A DNA stretch of 63,173 bases, the filler included. It is 6 parts of 6 records of this genome, joined end to end, with 100 filler letters (N's around TTAATTAATTAA, not from the genome) between each part and the next. Parts side by side here need not be neighbours in the genome. Positions count along the whole stretch, not along the records: positions 9,634 to 22,146 come from DRR378314_1070; positions 22,247 to 29,615 come from DRR378314_1074; 4 more parts are not named here. One strand, 5' to 3'. Positions 11,816 through 24,668 of the stretch are shown in pieces. Position 1 is the first letter of the stretch; each line of letters opens with the position of its first letter. A program made the position numbers and the translations under genes. The notes beneath the pieces were generated by a model. That model searched no databases. It was not told the DNA's origin and saw only the letters and a list, made by a program, of their open reading frames with translations.

Positions 11816-14431
11816 ATGAATGGCGATTCGTCTAGTACGAGACCTTTTACAGTGTGCATTTATGGTTCTGCATCAAACAGGATACACGAAGAATACCGTC
11901 AGGTATGTTGTCGTAGTCCTGACGTGAACTTCAGTTTCCAGCGCCGCGGCAGCCTTGTGCCTTGCAGGCGCGCTGCTCCCTCGCCGTGGCAGCCTTTTCG
12001 AGGTGTTTGCTATTGGACCACGTTGCGATATGGGCATAGAAGACCACGGCCCAAGCGTACTGGTATCGTATTTACCGGCCGTTGTACCTATCTATGTGTG
12101 AGTGACTTGGTATGAGAGGTGCGGTGGTGTCCTATGAGGAGGAGCAGAGATACACGCTGTGGCAGAGTTCCTCGGAACGTGGTTCACATCCACAGTACAG
12201 GAGGACGGGCAGGTGGAGTGCTCGGACGCATATTGGAGACGACAGTGCCTGCCTGCAGCTCTCGTATCGCGCTCTCTTTACTGCGCGCCCTCGCCCCCTT
12301 GACTGTCATCTTCCCATTTTTCTATGTGCACATGTTCTCGTGTTATCGTAGGTGACATTTGATCTAGGTGCGCACATTGCGCGCCAAGGTTGGCACCAGG
12401 TAAATGGCGGGGGCTCGACAGGCTTGATGTGCGCAGCAACAGGTACGCGGTTGTGCTGTGCGTGTTGATCCCTGGCCACGCTTCAGCAGAGCTTGGCAGA
12501 GCAAGAATCGCTATCTTGGTTTTGTAAATTTCAAAAAAGATGTGTGTGAGAGTAAACTACATGCAGGTAAATTCCTTGCGTAGCACTATTGCCGTTTTCC
12601 GTGCTCGCGCGGGGCGCGACGGCATACTTTTTGGCAACGCAGCGCGCGCTCCTGCGGCTAGGTTCGCGCGGCGCGCTCCGGTGTGCTGCCTGTGGCGCAT
12701 CCGCAGAATTCTGCATGCACTGAATCGAGGTTTGCGTGTGCGAAAAATAGACTATGGATATGTTGCAGTTGTATGCGGAGGGTTGAAGGCACGGAGGGGT
12801 CGTGTTCTGCATGCCTTCGATTCCACATGGGAAGCGTACATGCCGCGTATCAGCCTAGCGCCGGACCTCAGTATGCGGAGCAGGTGCTCGTCCAGTTACG
12901 CTCGCCACGAAGGAAGGAGAAAAAATGTTCCAGGGGGCGTCTGATGGTCTCATTGCATATCGTCGCGGTGTAATTTTACTATTTCAATGCATCAGATGGA
13001 GCTCTGAGTGAGAACGGCCATGTTTCCGCCGTTATCTACGACAAATTCTTGAAGTATTGCCACCCGGTATGTCCTCCGACCTGGCGGGAAAGCCGTACTT
13101 CCGCTCTGCCGATGGGGCCCGTGCACTATAGCTACGGCCCTCGCGGCGCGGAGCCTTCGCAGAATCCTCTCCCCGCAACTGCGCGCTAATAGCATTATAT
13201 GCATGCATTCCTTCTTTTTTTCTGCGGGTGCGCAGCACTTTCTGGATGACCATGGGAATCCGCGACCATCTCTCGAAGTGGTAGATTCGTACGTGCCTGC
13301 GCGAAGCGACTGCGGGACCCGTGAAGCACGAGAGGCGACATGCTCGCCCAACGCAATGCGCCCCGTCACCCAACGGTGCATTGGAATCTCGCGCAGGGTA
13401 TTTGTCATCGTGCTCGTAGAATATCTTGAAGACCATGTTGTTCTCTACGATAGTGCAATGTCACGTACGCTGACAGTGGCGACGAGGCGGCCTCGCTGTG
13501 CTTGGCTCACAACGAGCGCGCGAGTACTCGATCCCGTCTCATCTTGCGCTCCCTTTGTCGAGAGCTTGCTTATAATTTTAGGTGTTCTTTAGCGCTGCTC
13601 GCTAGGTCTTTCTCGCGTATTTTTTCTTATCTCTGTATCATTTAGGTTTGGTTGTGTTTCATCGTGATCACCTACTCCTTATGTTGCTCATTGCTATGGG
13701 GTCCTCTTGCGCAGAATGACGCTGCGAAAGAAGGGCTTGTACGACAGCGGAGATGCCTTCATTGCTGCGCCAGGCGGACTCGGCACGATGGAGGAGATCA
13801 TGGAGGTGCGTGTGCTTCGAGATTTCTGGCAGAATCGCCCTCAGCATCACAATAGCATAATGGCATGCGTTCCGCTTGCTGAGTATTGTGTCGCTACTCT
13901 TCTCTTGACGGCTCTGTTCATTTCCGGCACGTGCACACGCTCGTCGAGTAGGTGCTGAGCTGGAGACAAATCGGACTTCACGAGAAACCGATTGTTTTTT
14001 TGAACACAAGGGGTTTCTACGACGAGATTGCGCGGTGGATGATCAAGGTACAGCGTAAGAAGAAATTGCAGCGGCGCAGTCTTCCAGCGGCGGGATACTG
14101 GAACGCGTAAACTTTGCGTTGGTGCTGCGTTAGCGGCCTCAACCACGGAATTCTTAGCATTGGGGATTAGCGCGGTGCAGCACGAGTATGACCATCGCGT
14201 AACTGTTCACTGAGATGAAGGAGTACCACTCCTCATCGTTTCTTTTTCGGGTTGCTTTCTGGCGGGAATCTACGTTGCTGTACTATGGACGCCCAGGCTA
14301 TGGAGGAAGAATTCATAATCGATCGCTTCAAGTTTACTTACACTATAGCTGGGTCTGTTGGGGAGGCGATTGATTTCTTGCACAAGTACGACAAAAGTAA
14401 GGCGGTATTCGAAATTGGACAAAAGACATAG
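11816..14431 (+). CDS. LOG-family nucleotide 5'-monophosphate phosphoribohydrolase; 7 exons: 11816-11902, 12352-12442, 12996-13066, 13236-13288, 13715-13805, 13952-14047, 14297-14431
   Basis: VCIYGSAS, VNGGGSTGLM, VVDSMTLRK, signature PGGLGTMEE, WRQIGLHEKPIVFLNTRGFYD; all junctions in phase. Confidence 0.92.
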
Positions 14432-14772
14432 TCCCGGTGCTCGGAAGATGGAGCGGCCTCCAGTGGATCAAAGTCACTTTCTGCGCGCACTCCCTGTCTC
14501 CCGTTTGCAGCTGGTGCGCCGATCCGCGCTGGCGGAAGCGTGGCGTTTGAATATTTTCACGTGTAAAGAGCCTTCGAGGGTTGTAATACAGATTGGTCCG
14601 TAGGAGTCCAACCATGTACCTTGCATGCATTTCAGTGATGATAGCGCTGACGATGAGATCGTGAGCGCAAACAGGATCGAACTCTTGCCCAGGAATGCGG
14701 CGTGCTCCGTACGCGCAACCCCAACCTGTCACCCTCGACGTTTGCACGTAGGAAAATGCACTCGTCTATAAT

Positions 14773-17700
14773 CTATACTGGGTACTTTGGAACATCACTA
14801 GTGTTCGATAATCGGATTGCCGCATGATAGGAAGAGTTTCCGAATCGGCTTCGTAGAGCAATTGTTTGTGAAAAGGGCGACAGCTTCTGCTGCTCTCGGG
14901 CTGCGAGCTCAAGCTGAAGCGCATTCGCCAGCTCGCGAAGATCAGCGCGCTCGCGCAGCATTTCCCGGTCACCTGCACCCTCATTGTCGTGCTCTCGACT
15001 GCTTCCCTGACCTAAACTCGCATATACGACCCAGAATTTATCGTTGCGCAATGGAAAAGAGAACGTTTAGTATTTTGCGGCACGTGCCTGCTCAATACCG
15101 CAAAGGGGAACGGAACGCCGGGTACGCGCAAGCGCTACCCGCATCACCATTCACGACGTCGCAATTTTCTCACCGCGGGGACAGCAGAGGAACAGGAGGC
15201 ACGGGTTTCCCTCTTCCTCCTCTCTCATGCACGTGTAACCCTAAGATACACGAGGAAAATCGGACATATGAGTCAAAGAAAGGAAATGTGATCATCTTTC
15301 TCGTCGCAGCACGGGATGGATAGGTTCGCAAGCACGCAACGAACTTTGTGCATCGCCGCACAAGAACCGTCACCAGCTCTCGTACAACCATGAGCGCGGG
15401 TTTCTGTCATTACCTCGTGATATTTCAAGTTCTTTCTGCAGTGAATGGTTAAAATTTCTGATAGACTTAAGCTCAAGATTGTTCATCTGTCACAATGGGA
15501 GAGGGAAACGCACATCGCCACGAATATGTCAGTCATTCGATACGATCATCCGTAGGTGCGTAGGGAATCATCGCATTGCGACAGATCCTGGTCGCGGATC
15601 TTTTGGCTCCCCAGGGCGTCGAGAGAGAATAGCACGTAAGATCACCGATAAGCAAATCCTTTTCTGCGCTATCCCACTCCTGCTCGCACACCACATACCT
15701 TTAACTCAGTATCTCGGTCAGAGAGCGCTTGCTCCAACTCGGCGACTTGCTCCGCCATGAACCGCGCGGCGTGCTCACGACGGGGGTCGTCACCTGTAGC
15801 AAGCTGCATGCAATGGAATAGTCCCGATCGTGGAGATCTTTGCGTCAGCGCGTGTTTACCTGGCAATTGCATGCACTCAACGTACAAACCAACTTCCATC
15901 GGAATATTGTTGGACTTGTTCAACAGATCATGAATGCAGCGCGATCGTGTACACCAGAAGCAAAACGACAGTTGAAACCAGCCCGGCAGTTCCGTGACAG
16001 CCTCGGGCAAGCATTGCGATCATTCTCCGAGAACATGCGCGCGATGATAGCACCAGAGTGGTCAGATTTTTGGATTTTTTTCACAGGATATTAATTGACA
16101 CAAAATGCAGAATCTCTACCGCGCGGCTACGCCGGCTACAATGCGGTTGATGCACAGAATTGATGGCCGTTCCATGTAGCGTACTGGCACCAGCAGGGGC
16201 GACGGGGTAGGTCATAGTTACCTTTGCGAGTCCGTCAGCAAGGCGCTTCACCGTAACGGCCCGTTCGTCCGCAAGCTCTCGGAACGCAAGAGCACTCGTA
16301 TCTAATTCTTTCTGGAGATGATCAGCACGCTGTCTCGTATGGTGCAGCTCTCTTTAGCACAGCGCAGAATACCGGTGCGCTATCGGTTAGCAACAAAAAC
16401 ACGAAACGACGACAAGAGCACGCACAAATATTGCCATACGGAGTAAACCCCGTCACTGCATCGATCTACAGTACTGGAGCAGAACAGACCGGGTCTGCCG
16501 AGGCGATTCGTACAGCTGGGGTACGTTTTCTCACGACCAAAATAGAGTGCCGGATTGCGAGTGTAGGTTGTGTAGCTTGTAGTACAAGCCACTTCGTAAG
16601 AAGCAAAATATCCGTTGTACTGCTTCTTACGAAGAGACCGCACCTTCGCGTTGAAGCCAGGCGCTTTTGATGGATGGAGAGCATTCGCTGCAGGTCCTTT
16701 TCGCGGCGCTTTCCCTGTGCGAGCAGCTCAGCTTGTTCCAGAGGCAGCTATAGGCGCATATTCGAGAAATGGACGCACGAGACGCAAAGTCGCAGGATCC
16801 AGTTTGGGAAATGTGAAAGAGACTGGATACGCCTACCCATCCTACGTTTGTAAACGTGTAAGCTACTCCCCAACGCGCATTCGCAAGGCGCTCCGCCCAG
16901 CGCAGCTAGGCGAGTATTCGGCGATACCTCGAAAGCAGAATATGTTATCGATCACATTTTTCCCGTGAAAGCATCCGAGGCGCGATCATACTGCATCGAC
17001 TTTACACAGGCGCGCCTCACAAGAACTGTTTCAACGTACGGAACGTTCGAGTGCGCTTGCAGTAGGCCCAGTTTTCGAGAATGCTCCAGTTTGGCTGGAG
17101 GCGTGCAAATTACGCTCTTCCTCGAGCTGCGCGGCAGTTTCGAATACCTGGCGCCGGAGCGCGCGGACAGTGCGCCGCAACGAAACCACCGACTTCGCCC
17201 AGTCTTGACCCTGATACGATTTGAGCTCGTATCGAAGCTCACTGATCTCCTTTTCGAAGGAAAGCATTTGGTCAAGATGTTCCTGATTCGCACTTTGGAG
17301 AGTATCGGAAACTTCGTTGTGCCGTTCGCGAGCAGAGTCAGCACGATTCGCTGCTTGCCGGAGACGCTGCCCCAAATGGCGCGCATCAAGCGACACGAGA
17401 GTCGTCTTCGTACGCAACGCCATTCGTTGCATACCTCGAGATATCTTCTCACTCGAAAGCAAAATGTCTTTCCAAGTCCTTGTCGTGATTTCTTGAGCGG
17501 TAGTAAGTTGTTGGATCAGCGAGTCGCATTGCGCCGAAAGAGCGGAATCACGCGGTTCATCGGGCCCGATGGCGAGTCCCTCGCCTTTCTCTTCCGTACC
17601 GCTCGAAGACGAGGGTGAGCGGTCTGTGCGACTGCTCTCCCCATGTACGACCTCAGAGCCGCTGAAATTCCCCGCGAGATTTGACTCTTGGTACTTGGAT

Positions 17701-19925
17701 CCATTTTCAGATAATCTACCCTGATTAGTGGCTACTACAGGTAGGGAAACCTCACGGAGATCGGCAGCAACCTCGCGCGCGACAGACCACGTATCCTGGA
17801 CCGTCGACGCTAGCCCCTTCATGGCTGCAAGCATGCCGACGTACTCAGCAGTGAACACATCTCTGACTACATGATCTTCGTGCTGGTGGGTTCCGTACTT
17901 CCCGTGTTCATTCCCAACTTCTAACTCACTCAATTTGTGCGCGCGCCCTTTGTCTGTTTCGGTTGCGAGATCATTCGCCTCATTTTGTGTACTTTTAGAG
18001 GGAGGGTCAGCGCGTGGTGGCGACTCAGAGCCACGTTCATATCGAGGACCCTCACGGTACGTCAAGACTCCATTCCGCAGCGTGAGCGCGATGCCCGGAG
18101 CATTCAATGGTTCCTGTTGAATGACAGCACAAAAATTTATGAGGTTACAAATACAGAACTTCCTCCAAGGAGGTGAGCTTTTCGTGTAGTGTGTACCTAC
18201 ATCTTGGAGTTTCACCTCTTTCCTTGCCCATACAGCTAGGTCTTCTCGGAACACGCGCGCGCGCACATAGAACAAAAGGAACGCAGGTGCCATAGCCATA
18301 CCCTCGTTGGCATCGCACAACGATTTGCATGGAACCTTGCACGCTTCGACAAGTTGACTTTTCTGCTATCAATGGATTCGTTAGCGCTCTCTATTTTCGT
18401 CGGCATCGCAGCATACAAAGATATCGTGGGTGCTGTGGACGTACGCTGACCTGCTGGCGCTGCGCACTGGCGCGCGGCGCCACACGGTACTCCGACAGCG
18501 GTGACCTGTACCGTTCCATGACAATATTCGTTCATTCGTAGTACACGTATAGCATGCAATCAAATAGTGAGTTGGCGTTCCATCATGTACAAGTGCAAAG
18601 TAAAAACAAACAGAATCGCGCGCGGAGAGTGCGATCGTTACTGTGCAGTGGTGACATAACTATGGTCTCCGCTTGGATATTGCTGCGAGCAGGTATCGCG
18701 AAGTCTGCCACTCCCAGCACACAATGTACTCCCTTCTACAATTCGCGTTCAGTCTACGTATCCAGCAAATGGCAGCACGATGTCGTTGTAGATGCATCGG
18801 TCTGTCGCACCTGCTCTTGGTGGGAGATATGTCGTTAGCCAGAGGCACTTCCCAGCACGTCCCGCCAGGCGCCACGGCTAGGCTATCGCTTTCGGCCCGT
18901 GCAGCATCGTCCTCGCCGCTACCGTTGTTCCTGTCATTTTCTGCCCTCGCCTTACCACGTTCTTTCTCCTGAAAAGAAGACTCCAGACTATATCTTTCCC
19001 TTGATTCAGTCGAATTTGCATAGGGTGTGTATGCAGCTTGATCTTCTAATGTCGCGGCGCGATCGAATTTACTGCGCAGCGGGGAAGCTTGGCGGAGTGG
19101 AGAAACTTGGACCTCTTCTCCCCGTTGCTTCCGCTTTGCTACCACTTCCGGATACAAGGTGCCGCGGTCCAAACGAAATGTTGCGTTGCATCCAATTCGA
19201 AGTACTGCACCAAATCTATAAACATGCACATGCGGTACCAAATACGAAAGAGAGCGAACGCTCGTATTGTGAACGGGTCCTGATTGCTCCCGCGGTGGGC
19301 TCATCACGAGCGGCGCACAATTGGGAAGCTGTCTTCCAGCGCCGCAAGATGCGGAAGGAAAGTACGACTCCAGCGTTTGCCAAAGATTTCGTTGTAGGAA
19401 ACCGCACACTTTTCTCTCTACATGCAGTAATGCGAAGTCTACTATTGCACCGATGGTCGATTGCGGGAACGGGTGGAGAATGCAGCGAGGTGCATTTGGT
19501 TCCAACAGCAGCACGTGCACGCGTTGCCGTCGAACAGGCGGGGTCAGCGCCGCGTTCCATCACGATCCCTCGAGGGCAAGATTCATGGAAACAAACCCCA
19601 CTGTAGCCAAAAGAGTCTCAACGATCTATCTACTCATTTGTTATCACGCGTACCGAATTTCTACGGTTCCTCCACGAAGAAGTTCGCCATTAATGAGACA
19701 GCCATTCAAAGAGCCCAAGTCTTGGAGCGTGACACGAGGATCTTGCGCCTCCCCTTGTGTCGGCTCGAACAACAAAACTGCATGTCTCCCGGATACGGAG
19801 CGCGACGGAAGCACAATATCGCAATCTTTGTGGCGACCTAATATAGTCTTCTCATTCTTCACAACAAACGAAGTATGAACTGTTTGATGCGGGCCTTCGA
19901 TAGCTGATAGGACGGCGAGGGACAT
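14773..19925 (-). CDS. FHA-domain protein with long C-terminal coiled coils (multi-exon; internal exon boundaries approximate)
   Basis: FHA motifs LGRHKDCDIVL..SVSGRHA..QDLGSLNGCLING..(intron)..FGAVLRIG. Coiled-coil exons near 17040-17550, 16220-16350, 15700-15760 and 14773-15010. Confidence 0.7.
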
Positions 19926-20571
19926 CCTACCATCTACGAATCTCGCTGAGCGCGAGTAGAGCACTACAGGAGGAACGGTCGCGCCCCACGATTACTCCGG
20001 CAGCCGGTTCTCGTCTTCGACCCGATTTTCTATGCACGCAAACAAACGGTCAGTTATAAGTGTGAATTCAAAATGCATCAGGGAAAAAATCCCCAGCAAA
20101 GAACGCCAACTGCCGCGGGTAATACTCTGTGGTGCACCGGCTCTCGCTCCTTCGTTCCGCGACAGCTACGCCACGCTTTTCTCGGGTGGTGCAGCGGCGC
20201 TGCGTTTCCTTTCCCATCATGCTTGGCCCTAGAGATACTGACTCCGAGGCGTGCGCCAGTGGCTTAGCCCCGCAAGTGAAGCGCTGCCGCGCGAAGCTTT
20301 CGCTGGAAACCACGTCTGCTGCCCACTTTCGCCCCGCCGGTTGTTGCCCACTTCAATCTCGAAAAGAGAAAAGCAGAAGTAGAAGGGACAACCACTTGGC
20401 TTTAATATTACCGCTGACTCTGGCATATTCCAAATAGCTGGTGTGTGCAACCTACACGGTAGGATTTCTCCGTTGCATACACATTGGGTGCACGATCGGG
20501 TTGCGGCAGCAACGGGTACGGGCACGCTCGTGCAGGTGCCACACTTGGTCGCGCACGCTTGACGAAGAACA

Positions 20572-22114
20572 ATGGAAGGCGATTTAGAGAATGCAATCGC
20601 CGCTGCGAGAGACGCGGTACGTTCCATGGCAGTTTGTGATACATCGTACAAGTTTTGATAGTAGGAATACACGCGCCGAGGGCGCATCGCCCTTTCCTGG
20701 ACAAGTAGTACATGGCAAATATCGTGCCCACTTTCTTCCCGCCTGTGCTCGAGTGTGCCACACGCGGCGGAACTGCTAGCGAAGCGGTTTCCTGCCCTAC
20801 GAGCTCTACACTCTGAACAGCCGATATTTTGTACATTATTCACATAAACCGCATTGTGTATAAATGCGCTTGACGTGAGCAAAGCACTTTCGTTTATGAT
20901 TTGCCATTTCCCGAAATACTGCCACTGTTGAAAATCCACGCGTGTCATGCGGGTAGAACGCGTCTTTCCTTCCACACCCCGAGTGACAGTGGATTGCGCG
21001 GTCCGGACATGCTTTCTCGTTGTGCTGCGTCTTCGCTTCGCTCGCCGAAATTTTTTCAGGTTGGCGCTCTGATATCAAAACCGAAGATGACAGAAAAGTT
21101 GCTGAGGAAGCCGCCGTTTCGCTTCTTGCATGATATAGTCTCTGCAGTAACAACGAAAACAGGGTTCGCTGACGGTCTCTTCGTTGGCAAAGAGCTGGAA
21201 GGCCGGGAGATCAAGGTCAGTATCCGGTTCTCATGCAGCACAGCATGTAACTTTTCGAGAACGCGCTTCTCTATGCACAGAAATTTGCACTGCATCAACA
21301 AGAAAATCATGCTAACGCTCATTATTGTTTGTGGACGTATATTTCTCGCACGAATACTACCCGTATCTCAAGGAATGTGAGCAAGATTTTTTTTCCACTT
21401 TCAGGGCAGGCCCAGCGGCCATAACGCTGACGAGTTGGGCTTGGCTTGGTCGGCCATAGGCTGTGGTGCAGAAGAACAAAACCATACTAAAACTGATTGA
21501 TATCGCTCTGCATGTCTTGATTTTCTCTCTCTTTTATGCAGGAGCGTGATGAGAAAATTGCGTATCTGACAAAAATTCTCAAGCTGGTGTCGGAAGTGAC
21601 GGGTGACGAGCTGCGGCTGCGGCCTTCGAAGGTACTTTTCTTCCGGCACTCGCAGGTCGACAAGACAGCATAAGTTGGCTACAACGGAGCCATCCGCCCA
21701 CCACTGATGATTTTTTCCCTGTTTCCTCTTGCTCTTCCGATGCCACAGGTAAAGAGATAATACTTACAAAGGAGGTGCTATGATCGGTGATAGAGAAGCG
21801 GACCCCCCTTCCTTCGCTCCAATACGTTTCGTTGGCTTGTGGCCAACGTTCGAGACACCATGGCGCCGAGGGTTTGCAAGCAGGCGAGCTGCCCTTTCAT
21901 CGTTGATGTCTTCGGGAAACTGCAACCATCCCGCAGCCCTGTTGGTCGTGCTGATCTCCCTAATAATCTGAAAGTGTTTACTTCTTACAATTTCCGCGCT
22001 GGCATGGTGCAGGTCGTCGCAGGTCTGGAGCCAGAGCATACTTCTGCTTTCCTGTGCGCATTAGTAAAAGCTGCCACGGGGCCACCCGAGCGATGGGGCG
22101 AAGCTGTGCAGAAG
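20572..22114 (+). CDS. IFT54: Intraflagellar transport protein IFT54/TRAF3IP1, N-terminal CH domain; exons 20572-20616, 21060-21215, 21542-21631, 22013-22114; truncated by the contig end
   Basis: [54 protein letters not shown]. Confidence 0.93.
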
Positions 22115-22146
22115 GTATGGCACTGCGCGTTCACAATATTCATGTT

Positions 22147-22246
22147 NNNNNNNNNNNNNNNNNNNNNNNNNNNNNNNNNNNNNNNNNNNNTTAATTAATT
22201 AANNNNNNNNNNNNNNNNNNNNNNNNNNNNNNNNNNNNNNNNNNNN
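22147..22246. other. Artificial contig spacer (eukaryote to bacterium junction)
   Basis: N-TTAATTAATTAA-N, 100 bp. Confidence 0.99.
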
Positions 22247-22432
<186 letters not shown>

Positions 22433-22495
22433 TTATGAGTTTATTTGGCAAGATGAAGATGATAATGCGCCATATGTCTGAAAAATGGAAAAATC

Positions 22496-22951
22496 ATGCT
22501 TGATGATCTGGATCGCCGCCTGTTGCGCTATTGGCAGGCAGAGCCAAGCCTGTCACCGGGAGAACTGGCGCAGCGCTGTGCGGTGACACCGGGCAAGGCG
22601 GCGCGGCGCATTGCCCGGATGGAGGAGGAGGGCATCATTCAGGGTCTGGCCCGTGTCGTGAACTGGAGCGCGCTTGGCTATGCGGTTGAGGTGTCGTTGA
22701 GGGTGACATTGGACAAGACACAGGGCAACGCCTTTGATGTGTTTCTGGCAGAGGCGCGTCAGGTGCCCGAGGTGATCGAGGTTCAGACCTTTCTGGGGCG
22801 CGTCGATGTGCGCCTGTCGATTATTGCGCGGGACATGGCGCATTATCAGCAAATTTACCGCAGCCGTATTCTGACCCTGCCACATATCGCTGATATCGAG
22901 GCCCTGATGCATGTGGCGCGGATCAAAGATGACGAGACCTTGCCGCTATGA
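22496..22951 (+). CDS. Lrp/AsnC family transcriptional regulator
   Basis: MLDDLDRRLL.. N-terminal HTH and C-terminal RAM domain; 151 aa. Confidence 0.92.
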   Translation: MLDDLDRRLLRYWQAEPSLSPGELAQRCAVTPGKAARRIARMEEEGIIQGLARVVNWSALGYAVEVSLRVTLDKTQGNAFDVFLAEARQVPEVIEVQTFLGRVDVRLSIIARDMAHYQQIYRSRILTLPHIADIEALMHVARIKDDETLPL

Positions 22952-23403
22952 TCGAACTGGATGACATTGACCGGCAGTTGATCGCAAGTCTGGCGCGCAA
23001 TGCCCGCCAGTCGGCCAGCGCCTTGGGCAAACGTTATGGGCTGTCGCAACCGGCGACCTGGCGGCGGATCAAGCGGTTGGAGGAGGCCGGCGTTCTGGGC
23101 GGACAGCGGTTGCGGCTGGATGCGGAAAAGCTGGGCTTTGGCGTTACGGTCTTTCTGGGCATCAAGCTGGCGCGCAAGGGGCATGTTTCGCTGGAGGATT
23201 TTGAGCGCGCCGTGGCTGCGATCCCCGAGGTGCAGACGGTAGAGCATATTCTGGGGCTCTATGATTATCGTCTGCGGGTGGTGGCACGGGATTTGCCGGA
23301 TTTTGAACGGGTGTTGCGGCGCCGGATCATGACCTTGCCCGGTGCGGGTGAGGTCGAGGCGAATGTTTTGTTGAGCGAGGAACGACTGGCGGGGCCGCTT
23401 TAG
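22948..23403 (+). CDS. Lrp/AsnC family transcriptional regulator (second copy)
   Basis: LDDIDRQL..LARNARQS..GLSQPATWRRIKRLEEAGV; ATGA overlap with the previous gene. Confidence 0.93.
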   Translation: MIELDDIDRQLIASLARNARQSASALGKRYGLSQPATWRRIKRLEEAGVLGGQRLRLDAEKLGFGVTVFLGIKLARKGHVSLEDFERAVAAIPEVQTVEHILGLYDYRLRVVARDLPDFERVLRRRIMTLPGAGEVEANVLLSEERLAGPL

Positions 23404-23526
23404 GAAACCTGTGTTTGCAAAGGAAACGGGAAAAGTCGGCGCGGCATTGGGGCTGGGCCGATTTGGATTGGCCAGAAGATGTGGCACGCTATAGTTCGCA
23501 TCAAACATCTGCATGAAGGATAGAAA

Positions 23527-24651
23527 ATGGCATTGCTTGATACTGTGGACCCAACGGGTCTGGAAGAATTTTCGGTTGTTTTCACCGACCGGTCGCTGAA
23601 CCATATGAGTGGCAGTTTCCAGCAGGTGATGCGCGATATCTCTGGGTTGCTGCGCGAGGTCTATAATGCGGATGCGGTAGCGCTTGTGCCCGGTGGCGGT
23701 ACCTATGGGATGGAAGCGGTGGCGCGGCAGTTTGCGCGCGGGGCGGATGTTCTGGTGGTGCGCAACGGCTGGTTCTCCTATCGCTGGTCGCAGATCATTG
23801 AGACGGGCGGCTTGACCGCCAAGGCCACGGTGATGAAAGCGCGGCCAGAGGGCAACGCGCCAGTCAGCCCCTTTGCGCCAGCCCCGATCGAGGACGTCGT
23901 TGCGGCCATTCACGACGAAAAACCGCAGGTTGTTTTTGCCCCCCATGTGGAGACCAGCGCGGGTGTAATCCTGCCGGATGACTATATCGCCGCGATGGCC
24001 AAGGCGGCGCATGAGGTCGGGGCGCTGATGGTGCTGGATTGCATCGCGTCCGGCTGTATCTGGGTGGATATGAAGGCGCTGGGAGTAGACGTGTTGATTT
24101 CCGCCCCGCAAAAGGGCTGGTCGGCGTCCCCCTCCGCCGGGCTGGTGATGATGTCCGCAAGGGCCGAGGCGCGGCTGGCGGAGACAACGTCGGACAGTTT
24201 TGCCATTGATCTGGGCAAATGGCGCGCGATTATGAAAGCCTATGAGGATGGCGGTCATGCCTATCACGCGACAATGCCGACAGATGCCTTGCGGGCGTTT
24301 CGCGATACCATTCTTGAGACCAAGGAATATGGCTTTGGCCGCTTGAAAGAGGCGCAATGGGCCTTGGGCGACGGGGTGCGCAAGATGCTGGCGGACAAGG
24401 GGGTGACCTCGGTTGCCGCAGAAGGGTTCGGCGCACCGGGTGTTGTCGTCAGCTATACCAGTGATCCTGAGGTGCAGAACGGCAAGAAGTTCGCCGCTGA
24501 GGGCATGCAGATTGCCGCCGGTGTGCCCTTGCAGGTGGGTGAGCCCGAAGGGTTCAGCACCTTCCGTCTGGGGTTGTTTGGCTTGGACAAGCTTTATGAT
24601 GTGGATGCAACGCTGGGCCGTTTGGCCGCAGTGGTTGACAAGGTTCTTTAA
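23527..24651 (+). CDS. Class V PLP-dependent aminotransferase (serine/alanine-glyoxylate-like)
   Basis: PGGGTYGME, HVETSAG, LDCIASG, PLP lysine motif SAPQKG. Confidence 0.88.
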   Translation: MALLDTVDPTGLEEFSVVFTDRSLNHMSGSFQQVMRDISGLLREVYNADAVALVPGGGTYGMEAVARQFARGADVLVVRNGWFSYRWSQIIETGGLTAKATVMKARPEGNAPVSPFAPAPIEDVVAAIHDEKPQVVFAPHVETSAGVILPDDYIAAMAKAAHEVGALMVLDCIASGCIWVDMKALGVDVLISAPQKGWSASPSAGLVMMSARAEARLAETTSDSFAIDLGKWRAIMKAYEDGGHAYHATMPTDALRAFRDTILETKEYGFGRLKEAQWALGDGVRKMLADKGVTSVAAEGFGAPGVVVSYTSDPEVQNGKKFAAEGMQIAAGVPLQVGEPEGFSTFRLGLFGLDKLYDVDATLGRLAAVVDKVL

Positions 24652-24668
24652 GAAAACGGGGCAGGGCG

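Noticed and set aside
59..22114. Introner-like repeated introns
   Set aside because: The introns differ in length and sequence; nothing shared beyond splice signals was visible by eye.
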